A DNA stretch of 64,000 nt from Spirochaetia bacterium (GCA_965199955.1 CBDATQ010000002.1:1440001-1504000); one strand, 5' to 3'; shown: positions 39,091 through 49,738, counted from the first letter of the stretch. Numbers and translations: made by a program. Notes: generated by a model not told the origin, from the sequence alone.

Positions 39091-41378
39091 TCAGTCCATC
39101 GGCCAGCGAAAGCGGCGCAGTCCGGCCAGCAAGTGGCGAGGACCCGACTCGTACGTGCCGATCACGTCCGGGCCGCGCGGGTCGGCGCTCCGGGCGGCCA
39201 GCCAGCGCAGGAACACGCCGAAGACGTCGCCTTCCAGCCACGCCCCCTCCGGGTCCAGCGGGGTGCCGCGATAGGGGTAGAAGTGGCCGCCGGCCGAGAA
39301 CGGCCACACCGCCTGCTCGATGGCGATCCCGCCCCAGCGGACGAGGGCCTCGCGCAGCACGGCGTGCGCCCGTCCATAGGCATCCGCCGCCTCTGCCGAT
39401 GCGCCGCGGATCAGGTACAGCTCCTCTCCCTGGTAGAGCAGCTCGAGCCCGTGCAGGAACCGGCGCTCGATCCGAAACCACTCGGCCAGCGCGGCGGTCC
39501 GCTCGCGGTCGATGTCCTGAATGCCTGCGCCCAGCAGCGCCTCCAGCTCGGCGACGTTCTGATCGAGCCACGCCAGGGCGTCCGCCAGATCGCGCTGAAA
39601 GCGCGGATACTCCTGGTAGTTGTAGACGAACTCGCGGTGCATGAACGCGGGATTGGCCAGGAACTTGTGGGTGAGCTTGTCGTTCAGGAGCAGCATGTCG
39701 AAGCCGAACGGGTAGAGGAATCCGGTGTGGCCGCCCACCCCGTCCGCCTTGGCCGCGTATCCCTGGTAGTCCCGGTAGGTCGGATCGCCGGCCACGTGGA
39801 CTGACGGACCCAGGCGGTAGATCCGCCCGGCCCGCTGCAGGCAACGGCCGGCCACGTCGCGCGCTCCGGCGCCGAAGTTCCGCTCCAGCCAGCGCTCCTT
39901 GAGGAGCTCCACGTCGTCCCGGAAGGGATTCCAGAGCAGCCTCCAATGCAGGTCGAGGTTGATCCCGAAGCCGATGTTGTCCTCCATGGCGGCGTAGTCG
40001 CCGAACCGCTCGCCGGGCAGCCAGCCGCCGTGCAGGACGACGCCGTGCACGCCCGCCCGGCCCCAGTCGCGGTAGAAGCGGGCGACCCGGTCCACCATGT
40101 CGTTGGGAAAGCAGCCGGAGCGCGGGTGCAACTCCACGAGCTGGCACATCTTGGGGACGACCCGCCGCCCGCGGCCGGTCCACAGGGCGATCTGCGGGTT
40201 GGGATCCTCGCGCAGGTTGGTGTCGGTCGACACGGTGTAGGGCATGAAGATCACGTCTGGCGGGGTCTGGCGATCGACGTACTCGGCCGCCAGCGGCGAC
40301 TTGATCGGCTGGAAGTCCCAGACGTTGCGCACCACCTCGGCGTCCGGCCGGACCCGCTTGACGGCGGCGTGGACGAGATCGAATGCCCAGGTGTGGAAGA
40401 ACCGCACGGCGGAGCTGCCGCGCGCCGCCCGCGGTCCGCCGATGCGGAAGCCGGCCGGCAGGTCCGCTTCGTAGCGCCGCAGGGCGTCGGTACAGCGTTC
40501 GCATCCGCACGGCGATCCGAAACCGCCCTCCGCGGAGGTGTACACGACGACCCCGGAGAGCTCCGGGAACAGCTCGAAGGTGCGCTCGTAGGTCAAGCGG
40601 ACGATCTGCTGCATACGTTCGGAGGACAGGCAGAGCGAGAGCTCCTTGCCGGCGTCGATGTCGCCCGTCACCACTTCACAGGCGTAATGCGCGCGCGCCA
40701 GCGTCAGGATCGGAAAGCCCCATTCGTAGCGGCTGAGGAACACCTGCACGCCCAGCTCGCGAAGCTCGGCCAGGCGGCGGCGATACGCGTCCACCTGACG
40801 TTCGATCTCGGCCGGCGGTTGCTGCAGGTGCGGGAACCGGCCGCGGTAGCTGCGTTGCTCCCACCACCGCAGATCAGGCCAGTCGTCCGGCGTGACGCCG
40901 GCGAGGAGTCGTCGCGGAGCGGCGGCACCATCTTGAACGCGCGCAGGGCGAAGTGCGGGCCGTCGCGCTCGTCCAGCCCCTCCAGGGCGCTGAGGTCGGC
41001 GGTCCCGGCCTCGGCGATGCGCGCGGCCAGCTCGTCGGCGCCGTACAGCACGCCCAACGGTCCGGTGCCCGCCACGGCCAGCAGCCGCCTGCCGCCATCC
41101 GCCAGCAGGCGCAGGTGGAACCCCTCCTCGGGGGTGGACGGCCGCACCGGCGACACGTCGACGGCGCCGCTCCGGGCCAGATCGGCGATCCACGGGTTGC
41201 TGGCCGTGGTGCCTGCGACGACCATGTCTCCCCCCGGACGGTCTCCGGTGGCAACTCCGCTGGTTGCTCCCGCGGCGGCGAAACGCCGCGCCGATCAACT
41301 CCGCGGCGCTACGGTCCGCACGCGTGGCGCGCGGACCCAGGTGGATGGTCCAGTTCGTCAGGGCTCGCTGCCGCTCAC
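39091..41378 (-). pseudogene. Large glycosidase-like protein (GH20/GH67-type N-terminal domain plus barrel with CxCxxC), about three frameshifts
   Basis: GTGA coupling to dcyD. Shifts near 41361, 41265 and 40910. EEGFHLR...LAVAGTGPLGVLYG...PHFALRAF, then FELFPELSGVVV and PCGCERC. Confidence 0.6.
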
Positions 41379-42448
41379 GGGCTGCCGGCCGCTGCCAGTT
41401 CGCCCCGGCGTCCGTCGTGGCCGGCGTCCGCCAGAGCCGAGGTGAACATGCCTCGATTGGCGAACAGGGCGGAGGTGCCGCCGGTGTGCAGGAATACCAC
41501 CGTCTGACCGGCGTGCAACTCGTCGCCGCGGATCAAGCCGATCAACCCAGCCATCGCCTTGCCGGTGTACACCGGGTCGAGGACGATTCCCTGCGTCCGC
41601 GCCACCATTGTGACCGCTTCCAGCATCTCGGCGGACGGCAGGGAGTAGCCGGGGCCGAGCCACTCGTCCCGGCAGGTCACCCGATCCGCCGCGGCCGCGG
41701 CGTCGACGCCCAGGAAGGCCAGGATCGCCTCGGTGAGCTCGGTGACGTGCGGCTCCTGTTCGGCCCGCGACCGGCTCACGTTGATGCCGGTGACCTCGAC
41801 GCCGGAGCCGGCGGCGATCAGCCCTGCCACCAGGCCGGCATGGGTCCCGCCGCTGCCGGAGGCGCAGACGATCCGGTCGGCGGTCAGTCCCATCTCCTGG
41901 AGCTGGCCCAGCAGCTCCACGGCGCACGACGCGTAGCCGCACCCGCCCAGCGGATTGGAGGCGCCGCCCGGTATCACGTACGGCGTGCGGCCCTCCGCGC
42001 GGGCGGCAGCCTCCGCCCGCCGCAAGCCGTACGCCGAGCCGCCGCGTTCGACGACGTCGATGCCTTCCGCTCCCAGCAGGCGGTACAGGAAGTTGTTGCC
42101 GCTCGCCTCCGGGTTGTAGGTCCCCGGGACCCGCTCCTCCAGCACCAGGCGGCATGCAAGGCCCTCCCGGTTGGCTGCCGCCAGGGTCAGCAGGCAGTGG
42201 TTGGACTGGATGGCGCCGGTGGTGATCAGGGTATTGGCGCCCTGCGCCAGGGCGTCCGCGACCACGTACGTCAGCTTGCGCACCTTGTTGCCGCCCAGCG
42301 CCAGCGGCAGCGTGTCGTCGCGCTTGATCAGCAGGTCCGGACCGCCGAGCAGCTCCGAGAGCCGTTCCATCCGCTGTAGCGGCGACGGGCCGGGAAGATA
42401 GGGCCGCTGCGTCAGGTCGTTCAGGCGCTCGACTCCGAAGTTGCTCAT
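41375..42448 (-). CDS. dcyD: D-cysteine desulfhydrase (PLP)
   Basis: IKRDD...GGNKVRKL, GAIQSNH, GSGGTHAG, LDPVYTGKAM and FLHTGG. Confidence 0.88.
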   Translation of the reverse strand: MSNFGVERLNDLTQRPYLPGPSPLQRMERLSELLGGPDLLIKRDDTLPLALGGNKVRKLTYVVADALAQGANTLITTGAIQSNHCLLTLAAANREGLACRLVLEERVPGTYNPEASGNNFLYRLLGAEGIDVVERGGSAYGLRRAEAAARAEGRTPYVIPGGASNPLGGCGYASCAVELLGQLQEMGLTADRIVCASGSGGTHAGLVAGLIAAGSGVEVTGINVSRSRAEQEPHVTELTEAILAFLGVDAAAAADRVTCRDEWLGPGYSLPSAEMLEAVTMVARTQGIVLDPVYTGKAMAGLIGLIRGDELHAGQTVVFLHTGGTSALFANRGMFTSALADAGHDGRRGELAAAGSP

Positions 42449-42558
42449 CGTTGTCGAAGTATAGCCGACCGGCAGATTCGGATCGGGGAGACTCCGGTGA
42501 AATCTCGACCTGCCTTGACATCGAGTGACTACGGGGATGAGCTGAGGACGGAGTCGTC

Positions 42559-42785
42559 GTGAGCCAGATTACCGTGTTGTTGCCGGACGCCCTCGCCGGA
42601 GCGCTGGACGCTGCCGTCAGGGAGCTCAGCCGAAGCCGCACCGATCTCGTCCGGGAGGCGATCGAACGATTTCTGGAGGACATCGACGATCTCAGCGTGG
42701 CCCCGGACGGTTGCGTGATCCGAGCGATCCGGTCCTGGGCTGGGATGACGTCAGACGTGACGTAGTCGGATTGGATGCAGGGTGA
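42559..42785 (+). pseudogene. CopG/RelB-type antitoxin, frameshifted; cognate toxin lost
   Basis: SQITVLLPD.L..ALDAAVREL.RSRTDLVREAIERFLEDIDDLSVA, then a shift to RLRDPSDPVLGWDDVRR. Confidence 0.7.
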
Positions 42786-44236
42786 ACGTCGTTTGCATCG
42801 TTTCTGACCAGCACAACGCGGAGTTCGCCGGCTGCTACGGAGGCCGGACCCGGACTCCGAACCTGGACCGGCTGGCCGGGGAGGGGACGCGGTTCGACGC
42901 CTGCTGGTGCACGTATCCGATCTGCGCGCCGTCTCGGGCGAGCTGGTTCGCAGGCCGCTACGCTCACGAGATCGGCTGCTGGGACAACGCGACTCCATAC
43001 GACGGCGGCCGGCCGGACTGGGGCACGTACCTGCGGGACTGCGGCGTGCTGCACGCGGTGACCGGCAAGCTGGACTTCACCGAACGCGGGACCGCCTCGG
43101 TCGAGCGGCCGATGACCGTCAAGGTCCGGCGGAACTGGGACGTGACCGGCCTGTTTCGCGACAGTCCGCCGGTGACCCGTCCCGGCTCGGTCGAGCAGTT
43201 CTGGCAGGTAGAGCCTGCCGACGCGCCGGGCGCACCGCACGGCACCGAGGAACGGATCACGCGGGAGGCGGTGCACTTCCTGGAGTCCGGCCGTTCGGCA
43301 GACCGTCCGTGGGTGCTGGCCGTGCACTACTACAAGCCGCATCCGCCGTGGCGGCCCGATCCCGAGCGCTTCCGGCACCACCTGGAACGGGCCACGCCTC
43401 TGGCGCCCAAGTATCTGCAGCCGTTCGAGGACCTCTCCGAAGCCGAACGGGTGCGCAGCCGGTGGACGGCCGGCTATGCCGGCGATCCGGATGCGATCGC
43501 GCGGGCGCACTGCGCGTACCACGCGGAGATCGAGGAAGTGGACCGCCACGTCGGCCGCGTGCTCGATGCCGTGCACGCGAATGGTCTGGCCGGCGACACA
43601 CTGGTGATCTACACCTCCGACCACGGCGAGCAGGCGCGAGCCCATGGTGCGTGGGGAAAGATCTCGATGTACGAGGACAGCCTGCGGGTGCCCCTGCTGA
43701 TCCGCGGGCCGGGCGTGGCTGCCGGGCACGTCTGCCGGCAGCCCGTCTCGCTGCTCGACCTGTACCCGACGATCGGCCAGGCGGTGGGCGTGCGCCTGCC
43801 CGTCTTCGCGCGCGTGGCGTCATGGCTCGCCCTGACCGGCGGCCGCAACGACGCCACGTCGCGGCCGGATCACGCGATCGCGGAGTGTCACATGTTTCCC
43901 CGCGCCGCATCCTTCGCGGTTCGCCAGGGAGACTGGAAGCTCATCGAGACCCTGGGATCCGCGCCGCTTCTGTTCAATCTCGCTGAGGATCCGGGCGAGA
44001 TGAACGACCTGGCCGGCGCCGGCGGTGTTGCCGCGGATGCGCTCGACCGCATGCGGCAGAGACTCCATGACCTCTGCGACCCGCACGCCGTGGACCGGCG
44101 TGCTCGCCGGGACCAGCGGGCGCGCATCGAGCAACTCGCCGCGAGTGGCCGGTTGCAACAGGAACTGGCAAAGCGCGGCTTCCTGCCGTCCACCTATCGC
44201 CTGATCCCGGATCCGCACTCGTCGTCTGCCGCTTGA
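42782..44236 (+). CDS. Sulfatase (choline-sulfatase-like S1)
   Basis: IVSDQHN, TPNLDRLA, CAPSR, YKPHPP, YTSDHGE and KISMYEDSLRVPLLIRGP. Confidence 0.92.
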   Translation: MNVVCIVSDQHNAEFAGCYGGRTRTPNLDRLAGEGTRFDACWCTYPICAPSRASWFAGRYAHEIGCWDNATPYDGGRPDWGTYLRDCGVLHAVTGKLDFTERGTASVERPMTVKVRRNWDVTGLFRDSPPVTRPGSVEQFWQVEPADAPGAPHGTEERITREAVHFLESGRSADRPWVLAVHYYKPHPPWRPDPERFRHHLERATPLAPKYLQPFEDLSEAERVRSRWTAGYAGDPDAIARAHCAYHAEIEEVDRHVGRVLDAVHANGLAGDTLVIYTSDHGEQARAHGAWGKISMYEDSLRVPLLIRGPGVAAGHVCRQPVSLLDLYPTIGQAVGVRLPVFARVASWLALTGGRNDATSRPDHAIAECHMFPRAASFAVRQGDWKLIETLGSAPLLFNLAEDPGEMNDLAGAGGVAADALDRMRQRLHDLCDPHAVDRRARRDQRARIEQLAASGRLQQELAKRGFLPSTYRLIPDPHSSSAA

Positions 44237-44278
44237 CGGCCGCTCGCCGCCGGCCCGGGATAGCGGTAGTCTGATCTG

Positions 44279-44710
44279 ATGCGTAGCAGACACCTGTCGA
44301 TGACGATTGACGAGTTTGAGTATTGGGACGGTAAGGCGCACGATGCCCGTCTACGATCACCGGCCGACGGAGTATGCCCGGGGCCTCGTGCTGCCCCTTC
44401 CTCGATCTTCGGTCCGGACGCGCCGGCGCGGCAGATCCCGGTGCGGTACGACCTGTTCAACAGCGCGGAGTTCGCGGAGACCAAGAGCCGCGTCGGCGCC
44501 TCGATGAGCCAGTTCTGGCGGCGCGGATCGGGGATCGACACCATGGTGCAGGAGTACTACGCCAAGGTGCTGGTCGGCGAGCTGGATGTCGATGCCAGTT
44601 GGGACGACTGGGTCAAGCGCTGGAGCGAGGCGGGAGGCGCCGAGCTGATCGAGGGCTACGAGCTGCTGCCGCTCCTGGAGCCTGCGCTCCGCGGCGAGAT
44701 CGTCTATTGA
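44279..44710 (+). pseudogene. Chimeric remnant: short N-terminal stub (possibly GNAT) fused to the C-terminus of an ABC solute-binding protein
   Basis: MRSRHLSMTIDEFEYWDGKAH, then EYYAKVLVGELDVDASWDDWVKRWSEAGGAELIE (an LplA-like C-terminus). Confidence 0.65.
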
Positions 44711-44723
44711 CGCGGCCGATCGC

Positions 44724-45557
44724 ATGGCCGGCGGACCGTTTCACCTGACGGACGAGGAGCGGTACCGCTTCGACCTGCAGGGCTTCCTGCTGGTCTCCGG
44801 CGCGCTCGGCGCCGCGGAGGTCGGTGCGTGCAATCGAGCCATCGACGCGGTCGCCGGCACGCCTGCGGCGGCCCCGGGCTTGCTCGGCTGGCCCGATCCG
44901 TACCGGGAGCCGTTTCGCCGCCTGCTGGTCCATCCGGCCGTGGTGGCGCGGCTGAACGAGCTGTGCGGCTCCCGCTTCCGGCTGGACCACGGCCCGCGGC
45001 TGCTCGCCGGCGCCGAACAGACCGAATCCTGGCTGCAGGGAGGCGGGGAGCCGTTCTCGCCCGCCGCGTGGTACCACCAGCAGAACGGCCGCATCTTCGC
45101 GAGCGCCGTGACCGCGGCGTGGCAATTGGCCGGCGAAGGCGGCATGTGCGTGGTGCCGGGCAGCCACAAGGCCGTGGAGCCGGCGCCCGCGGGCGTGCGG
45201 GCCGGCGGCGATCGGGACGCCGCCATGGACGTGGTCCGGGAGCTGCCGACGCGGGTCGGTGACCTGGTGCTGCTCGCCGAGACCGTCACGCACGGCACGC
45301 GGCCGGGGAACGGTTCGGGTGACCGGCGGATCGTGCTGTATACCTACACGGCCGGCGCGGTGGTCGCTCACGCCGGCCGCCGCTTCCTCCCGGAGGAAGT
45401 CTGGGGCGACTGGACGCAGGAGCTGACGCCCGAGCAGCGCGCCGTGCTGCACGGTCCGGGCGTCGATGCGGCCGGGCGCCTGCCGCTCCTGGAGTCGGAC
45501 GGCGCTGTGGCGCGGGTGCGCGAACCTGACCGGGCACCTCAGGGCGGAACGACGTGA
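44724..45557 (+). CDS. PhyH-family protein, first iron-ligand His replaced (WLQGGG)
   Basis: YRFDLQGFL, FRLDHGP, VVPGSHK and VTHGT. Confidence 0.82.
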   Translation: MAGGPFHLTDEERYRFDLQGFLLVSGALGAAEVGACNRAIDAVAGTPAAAPGLLGWPDPYREPFRRLLVHPAVVARLNELCGSRFRLDHGPRLLAGAEQTESWLQGGGEPFSPAAWYHQQNGRIFASAVTAAWQLAGEGGMCVVPGSHKAVEPAPAGVRAGGDRDAAMDVVRELPTRVGDLVLLAETVTHGTRPGNGSGDRRIVLYTYTAGAVVAHAGRRFLPEEVWGDWTQELTPEQRAVLHGPGVDAAGRLPLLESDGAVARVREPDRAPQGGTT

Positions 45558-46423
45558 CTGGCCAGGAACGCTACCTCTGGGACCTGTCGGGCTACCTGAT
45601 CCTGCGGGGCGTGCTCGACCAGGCGGAGATCGACGCGGCCAACGCCGCGATCGACCACTATGCCGGCAGCATCGAGCGCGGGGCCGACAACACGCTCGCC
45701 AAGGACTCGCGCAGCCTGCGCGGCAGCGGCCGGCCGACCCTGCACGGGCTGTTGCGGCTGGAGCCGCCGCACTGCGAGCCGTTCCGCCGCATGCTGGCCC
45801 ACCCGGCGGTGGTGATGCGCCTGAACGCGATGTGCTTACCCGGGTTCCGGCTCGACCACGGGCCGCTGTTGATCGCGGGAGTGAAGGGCACCGAGGGGTT
45901 CACCCTGCACGGCGAAGGCGAGCCCTTCAAGCTGGCGGTCGGCTATCACGGCCAGAGCGGCGTGAGCTACTGCGCGGGGGTGACGGTCACCTGGCAGCTC
46001 CGCGACGTGGCCGCTGGCGACGGCGGCTTCGCCTGCGTGCCGGGCAGCCACAAGTCCCGCTATCCGAAGCCGGACGGGGTGCGCACCGCCGACGACCACC
46101 GCGGCACCGTCGTGCAGCCGGCCATGCGCGCCGGCGACGTGCTGTTCTTCATGGACGGCGCACTCACGCACGGTACGCTGCCGTGGCGCGGCGCCGGCGA
46201 GCGGCGCTCGATCCTGTTCAAGTACGCGTCCCGGTGCGCGGTCCGCCAATGGCCGGATCCGGCGCAGGCCGAGCCCGAGTCCTTTTGGGATCCCGCGTTC
46301 GTGGACGGGATGACCCCGGAGCAGCGGGCGGTCATGTACGCGCCCAAGTCCGGCCGGACCGATCTGGTTCCGGCGCTGACCGTCGACGCCGACGGCACGG
46401 TCAGCGTCGTGCCTCAGCGGTAG
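45554..46423 (+). CDS. PhyH-family Fe/2OG dioxygenase
   Basis: YLWDLSGYL, FRLDHGP, LHGEG, GGFACVPGSHKS, LTHGTLPW and ERRSILFKY. Confidence 0.88.
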   Translation: MTGQERYLWDLSGYLILRGVLDQAEIDAANAAIDHYAGSIERGADNTLAKDSRSLRGSGRPTLHGLLRLEPPHCEPFRRMLAHPAVVMRLNAMCLPGFRLDHGPLLIAGVKGTEGFTLHGEGEPFKLAVGYHGQSGVSYCAGVTVTWQLRDVAAGDGGFACVPGSHKSRYPKPDGVRTADDHRGTVVQPAMRAGDVLFFMDGALTHGTLPWRGAGERRSILFKYASRCAVRQWPDPAQAEPESFWDPAFVDGMTPEQRAVMYAPKSGRTDLVPALTVDADGTVSVVPQR

Positions 46424-46491
46424 CGCCGGCAAGACCGAGGCCTTCGGCCTTGTTCATGCCCCCATCCCCAACCTCCCTATGACTCCGGCGA

Positions 46492-48057
46492 TCAAGCCGC
46501 TGGCGCGGCTCGTCCGCCAGACTCATAGACGATCACCAGCTCGATCCCCTCGACGCGCAGGCAGTCCGGGCCGTCCAGCCGGTCGAGCGCCACCTCGATC
46601 CGATTCTGTCCCTGTGCGACCGGAATGTCGCGCCAGGTCAGGGTTGTGGTGGCGGGCAGCTCCAGGCGACGCCCTCCGTCGAGCCGCCGACCGTTCAGCG
46701 ACACCGAGGCTGTTCCGTCCGGGACGCTCCCCGCGCACGTGACCCGCAGCCACGTGTCGGCCAGCGCCCGGTCGCGCCGAGCCGCCTCCACGTCGTCGCC
46801 GACGTGCAGCGTGAACGGCCGGCTCTCTCCCACGGCATCCAGCTCGCAGGGAAGCTGCAGCTCGCCGCCCTGCTCGGGGGTCCGAAGCAGCATGTCGACG
46901 TTCACGGTGTAGCGCTTGTTCCTGCGCTCGATCAGGCGCGGGTCGTGGATCTCGCGCAGGAGCTGGACCTCGTCGGGCGTATACGACGCTTCGCCGCGCG
47001 CCATTCGATGACAGTCGTAGTTGAACAGGTAGATGCTGCTCGCCCCCTGGTGCCAGAAGCTCGATGCCGCCGCGTACAGCATGTCGTTGCCGGCGTAGCC
47101 GTACCCCTTGGCCGACCGCTCCAGACCGCCGCCGATCCGGCACGAGGTGCCGGCGGCGATCTCCGTGAACGCCGCGATCTCGGCCCCCATCTCCAGGTAG
47201 CCGCCGTTCATGGGGATGAACAGGTCGGCCAGCTCCTCGCGTATCCAGGCGGGGACGTCCAGCCCGATGCGGCGGCAGCCCTCCCGGGTCGCCGGCACCC
47301 GCAGCATCAGCGTGAACGGCCGCCCCTTGCGGCGCGCGATCTCCGTGGTGCCGGCCCTGACCTTGCGCATGAAGTCGGTCATCAGCGGCATGCCGGAGTC
47401 TTCCTGTCCCTGCTTGAAGAACCAGCGTCCGCGCTGGAAGTCCATCTCGAAGCCGTCGATGTCGTAGCGCTCGCAGGTCTCCAGGATCAGGCCGAGCTTA
47501 CGCTCGCGCACCTCCGTGTGCGCATAATCGAACGCCCAAGTGAAGTCGTCCTGGTCATACCCGTAGCCCGCCACGGTCGGGTACGGCGAGCCGATCAGGA
47601 GTTCGCGATGCTCCTTCTTGAAGATGCTCCGGAACGCCCCGAAACGGTCGGTGTCGTCTTCGTGGATGTCGTTCATGCGCAGCGCGGGCCAGAACTGCAT
47701 CCCGCGTTCGTGCGCCCGCGAGGCCAGCAGCTCGATGATGTCGATCCCCTGGTCGAGCAGCGCCCTGGTGCTGTCGGCCATCCATCTGACCCACTCCAGC
47801 CCCTCGCCTTCAGGCCACTCGGTCACGTCGGAGCCGTAGACGTTGCCGAACTCGGTCCGGTGGGAGAAGGTCTCGTCCCCGCGACCCATCGAGTTGGCGA
47901 ACACCTCGACCGCGGTGTCAGCGACCTCGTCGACGTCCCGGCACGCCTGCTCTCTCGTCATCGGCGGCGGAAAGGTGATGAAGGTCGTCGAGTCGCCGTC
48001 GGAGTTGTAGATCAGGCGAGGGATCTCGCGCGCTCGGTCCGCGCTGCTGTCGTTCAT
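46492..48057 (-). CDS. Glycosyl hydrolase-like TIM-barrel protein (GHL10-like) with a C-terminal beta-domain
   Basis: LIYNSDG, FWPALRMNDIH, FDYAHTEVRE, YDIDGFEMDFQR and IYLFNY. Confidence 0.72.
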   Translation of the reverse strand: MNDSSADRAREIPRLIYNSDGDSTTFITFPPPMTREQACRDVDEVADTAVEVFANSMGRGDETFSHRTEFGNVYGSDVTEWPEGEGLEWVRWMADSTRALLDQGIDIIELLASRAHERGMQFWPALRMNDIHEDDTDRFGAFRSIFKKEHRELLIGSPYPTVAGYGYDQDDFTWAFDYAHTEVRERKLGLILETCERYDIDGFEMDFQRGRWFFKQGQEDSGMPLMTDFMRKVRAGTTEIARRKGRPFTLMLRVPATREGCRRIGLDVPAWIREELADLFIPMNGGYLEMGAEIAAFTEIAAGTSCRIGGGLERSAKGYGYAGNDMLYAAASSFWHQGASSIYLFNYDCHRMARGEASYTPDEVQLLREIHDPRLIERRNKRYTVNVDMLLRTPEQGGELQLPCELDAVGESRPFTLHVGDDVEAARRDRALADTWLRVTCAGSVPDGTASVSLNGRRLDGGRRLELPATTTLTWRDIPVAQGQNRIEVALDRLDGPDCLRVEGIELVIVYESGGRAAPAA

Positions 48058-48119
48058 GGCACGCTCCTGTCGGCCCACCCGGAATGCGCTCATCGTGCGA
48101 CCGCTTGAGCGCGCATCAT

Positions 48120-48244
48120 ATCACCGGGGAATACCCCGGCGGGAAGGAATGCTGCCGCCAGGTCGTCCGCCGCCCGGGCCCGGGGGGCAGCATCATCTCC
48201 GCGAAGTCGTCGTGGATGTCCTGCTGGTCGTCGACGATCCTGGG
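48120..48244 (-). pseudogene. Response-regulator receiver N-terminal fragment
   Basis: RIVDDQQDIHDDFAEMM, then after a shift ADDLAAAFL. Confidence 0.45.
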
Positions 48245-48247
48245 ACG

Positions 48248-49515
48248 CTACGGGTTGGGCTCCATCGGCTTGGGCATGCGGTAGCCGGCGCCGCGGACGT
48301 TGAAAATCCAGCTTGGCGTGGTCGCCTCCTCGCCGAGCTTGGTGCGCAGCTTCTTCACGAAGTTGCGCACCAGGTTGGGGTTCCCGGTCTTCTTCCCGCT
48401 CCAGGCGTGGCGCAGCAGCGCCTCGAAGGTCGTGACCCGGCCCGCGTTGCGCGACAGCAGCCGCATGATCTCGTACTCCGTCGGCGTCAGCGGCACCTCG
48501 CGCCCGGCCACCGTGACCCGCCGGTCCTGGTAGTGGATGGCAAGCTCGCCGAGCACGAACGGCTCCGGGTCGGCGTGCCGGCGCAGCGCGGCCTGCACGC
48601 GCGCCGTGAGCTACGTGGCCGAAAACGGCTTGACGATGTAGTCGGAGGCGCCGCTTTCCAGCGCACGCGCGATGGTCTCGTCGCGTCCGTAGCCGGAGAT
48701 GAAGACCACGGTCAGGTCGGCGAGATCGGGCACGCTCTGCATCAGCTCGATGCCGTCGGTGCCGGGCAGCATCAGGTCCAGCAGGACCAGATGCGGCTCC
48801 TCGAAGCGGATGATCCGGGCCAGATCCGCGGGTCACCGGTCACCAGCGGCGTGTAGCCGGCGGCCGCCAGCGCGTCGCGCACGTAGTGCAGCGTGTGAGG
48901 GTCGTCGTCCACCACCAGGACGCGAGTCGGCGCCTGCAGGTCCGGTGGCGCGGCCCGCAGGCGCAGGCCGTGCCCGGCCGCCGGCAGCGTGAAGGTGATC
49001 CGCGTGCCTTGGCCGACTCCGCCGCTGTGGACGTGGATTCGGCCCCCGTGCGCCTCCACCAGGCCCTTGCAGATAATCAGCCCGAGGCCGGTCCCACTTA
49101 CATCGCGCGCACCCGCCCCGCCGGCACGGCCGGCGTGCTTGCGGAACAGGTACGGCATCCGCTCGGGGGCCACTCCCCGGCCTTCATCCGCGACCGAGAT
49201 CGCGACCTGCACGCCGGCACCCTGTGCTTCGACACGGATCGGGAAGGACTCCGGCGAGTACTCGGCGGCGTTGGAGAGGAGGTTGTTGAGCACCTGCTCG
49301 ATGCGTCTGCGGTCGGCCATCACCGGGGGAAGGTCCGGCGGCAGGTCGATGAACACGGTATGCCGACCGCCGCCGGACAGGAACGTGTTGCGCGCCCGGT
49401 CCACCAGGGCAGCCACTTCCGAGGGCTCGGGCGAGACCGAGAGCGTGCCCGCCTCGATGCGCCCAGCATCGAGCAGATCGCTGATCAGGTTGCGCATGTG
49501 TTCGCTGCCTGCCAC
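48248..49515 (-). pseudogene. Hybrid histidine kinase/response regulator (HATPase-REC-winged helix), 5'-truncated, with a frameshift near 48828 and a TAG at 48611-48613
   Basis: QVLNNLLSNA, DEGRG, GTGLGL, VLVVDDD, LLDLMLPG, DYIVKPFSAT*L and LTPTEY...GAGYRM. Confidence 0.85.
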
Positions 49516-49699
49516 GCGCTACCGGTGCCACTTCAAAGGCAACACTCTCGTGGACATCACACCGCGTGACGGCAGGAAGCACCTGGGCCGACCGGAACAG
49601 CAGCCGTACCCGATCTATCTGCGGGATCACTACCGCGCCGACCGCGCTCCGATGCGGCGGGTGACCCGCTACGTCGCGCCCTATGCGATCACCTGGTAG
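49516..49699 (+). pseudogene. 3' remnant of a larger gene (possibly a GH127-like C-terminus)
   Basis: FKGNTLVDITPR...YPIYLRDHYRADRAPMRRVTRYVAP..ITW*, with no start. Family recalled from memory only. Confidence 0.35.
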
Positions 49700-49738
49700 C
49701 GACCGGCTCTGGCGGCGCCGATGCGGTTGGGCGCTGCT

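Noticed and set aside
41375..42448. ACC deaminase
   Set aside because: It has DPVYTGK and HTGG rather than the Glu/Leu pair (DPVYEGK, HLGG) diagnostic of ACC deaminase.
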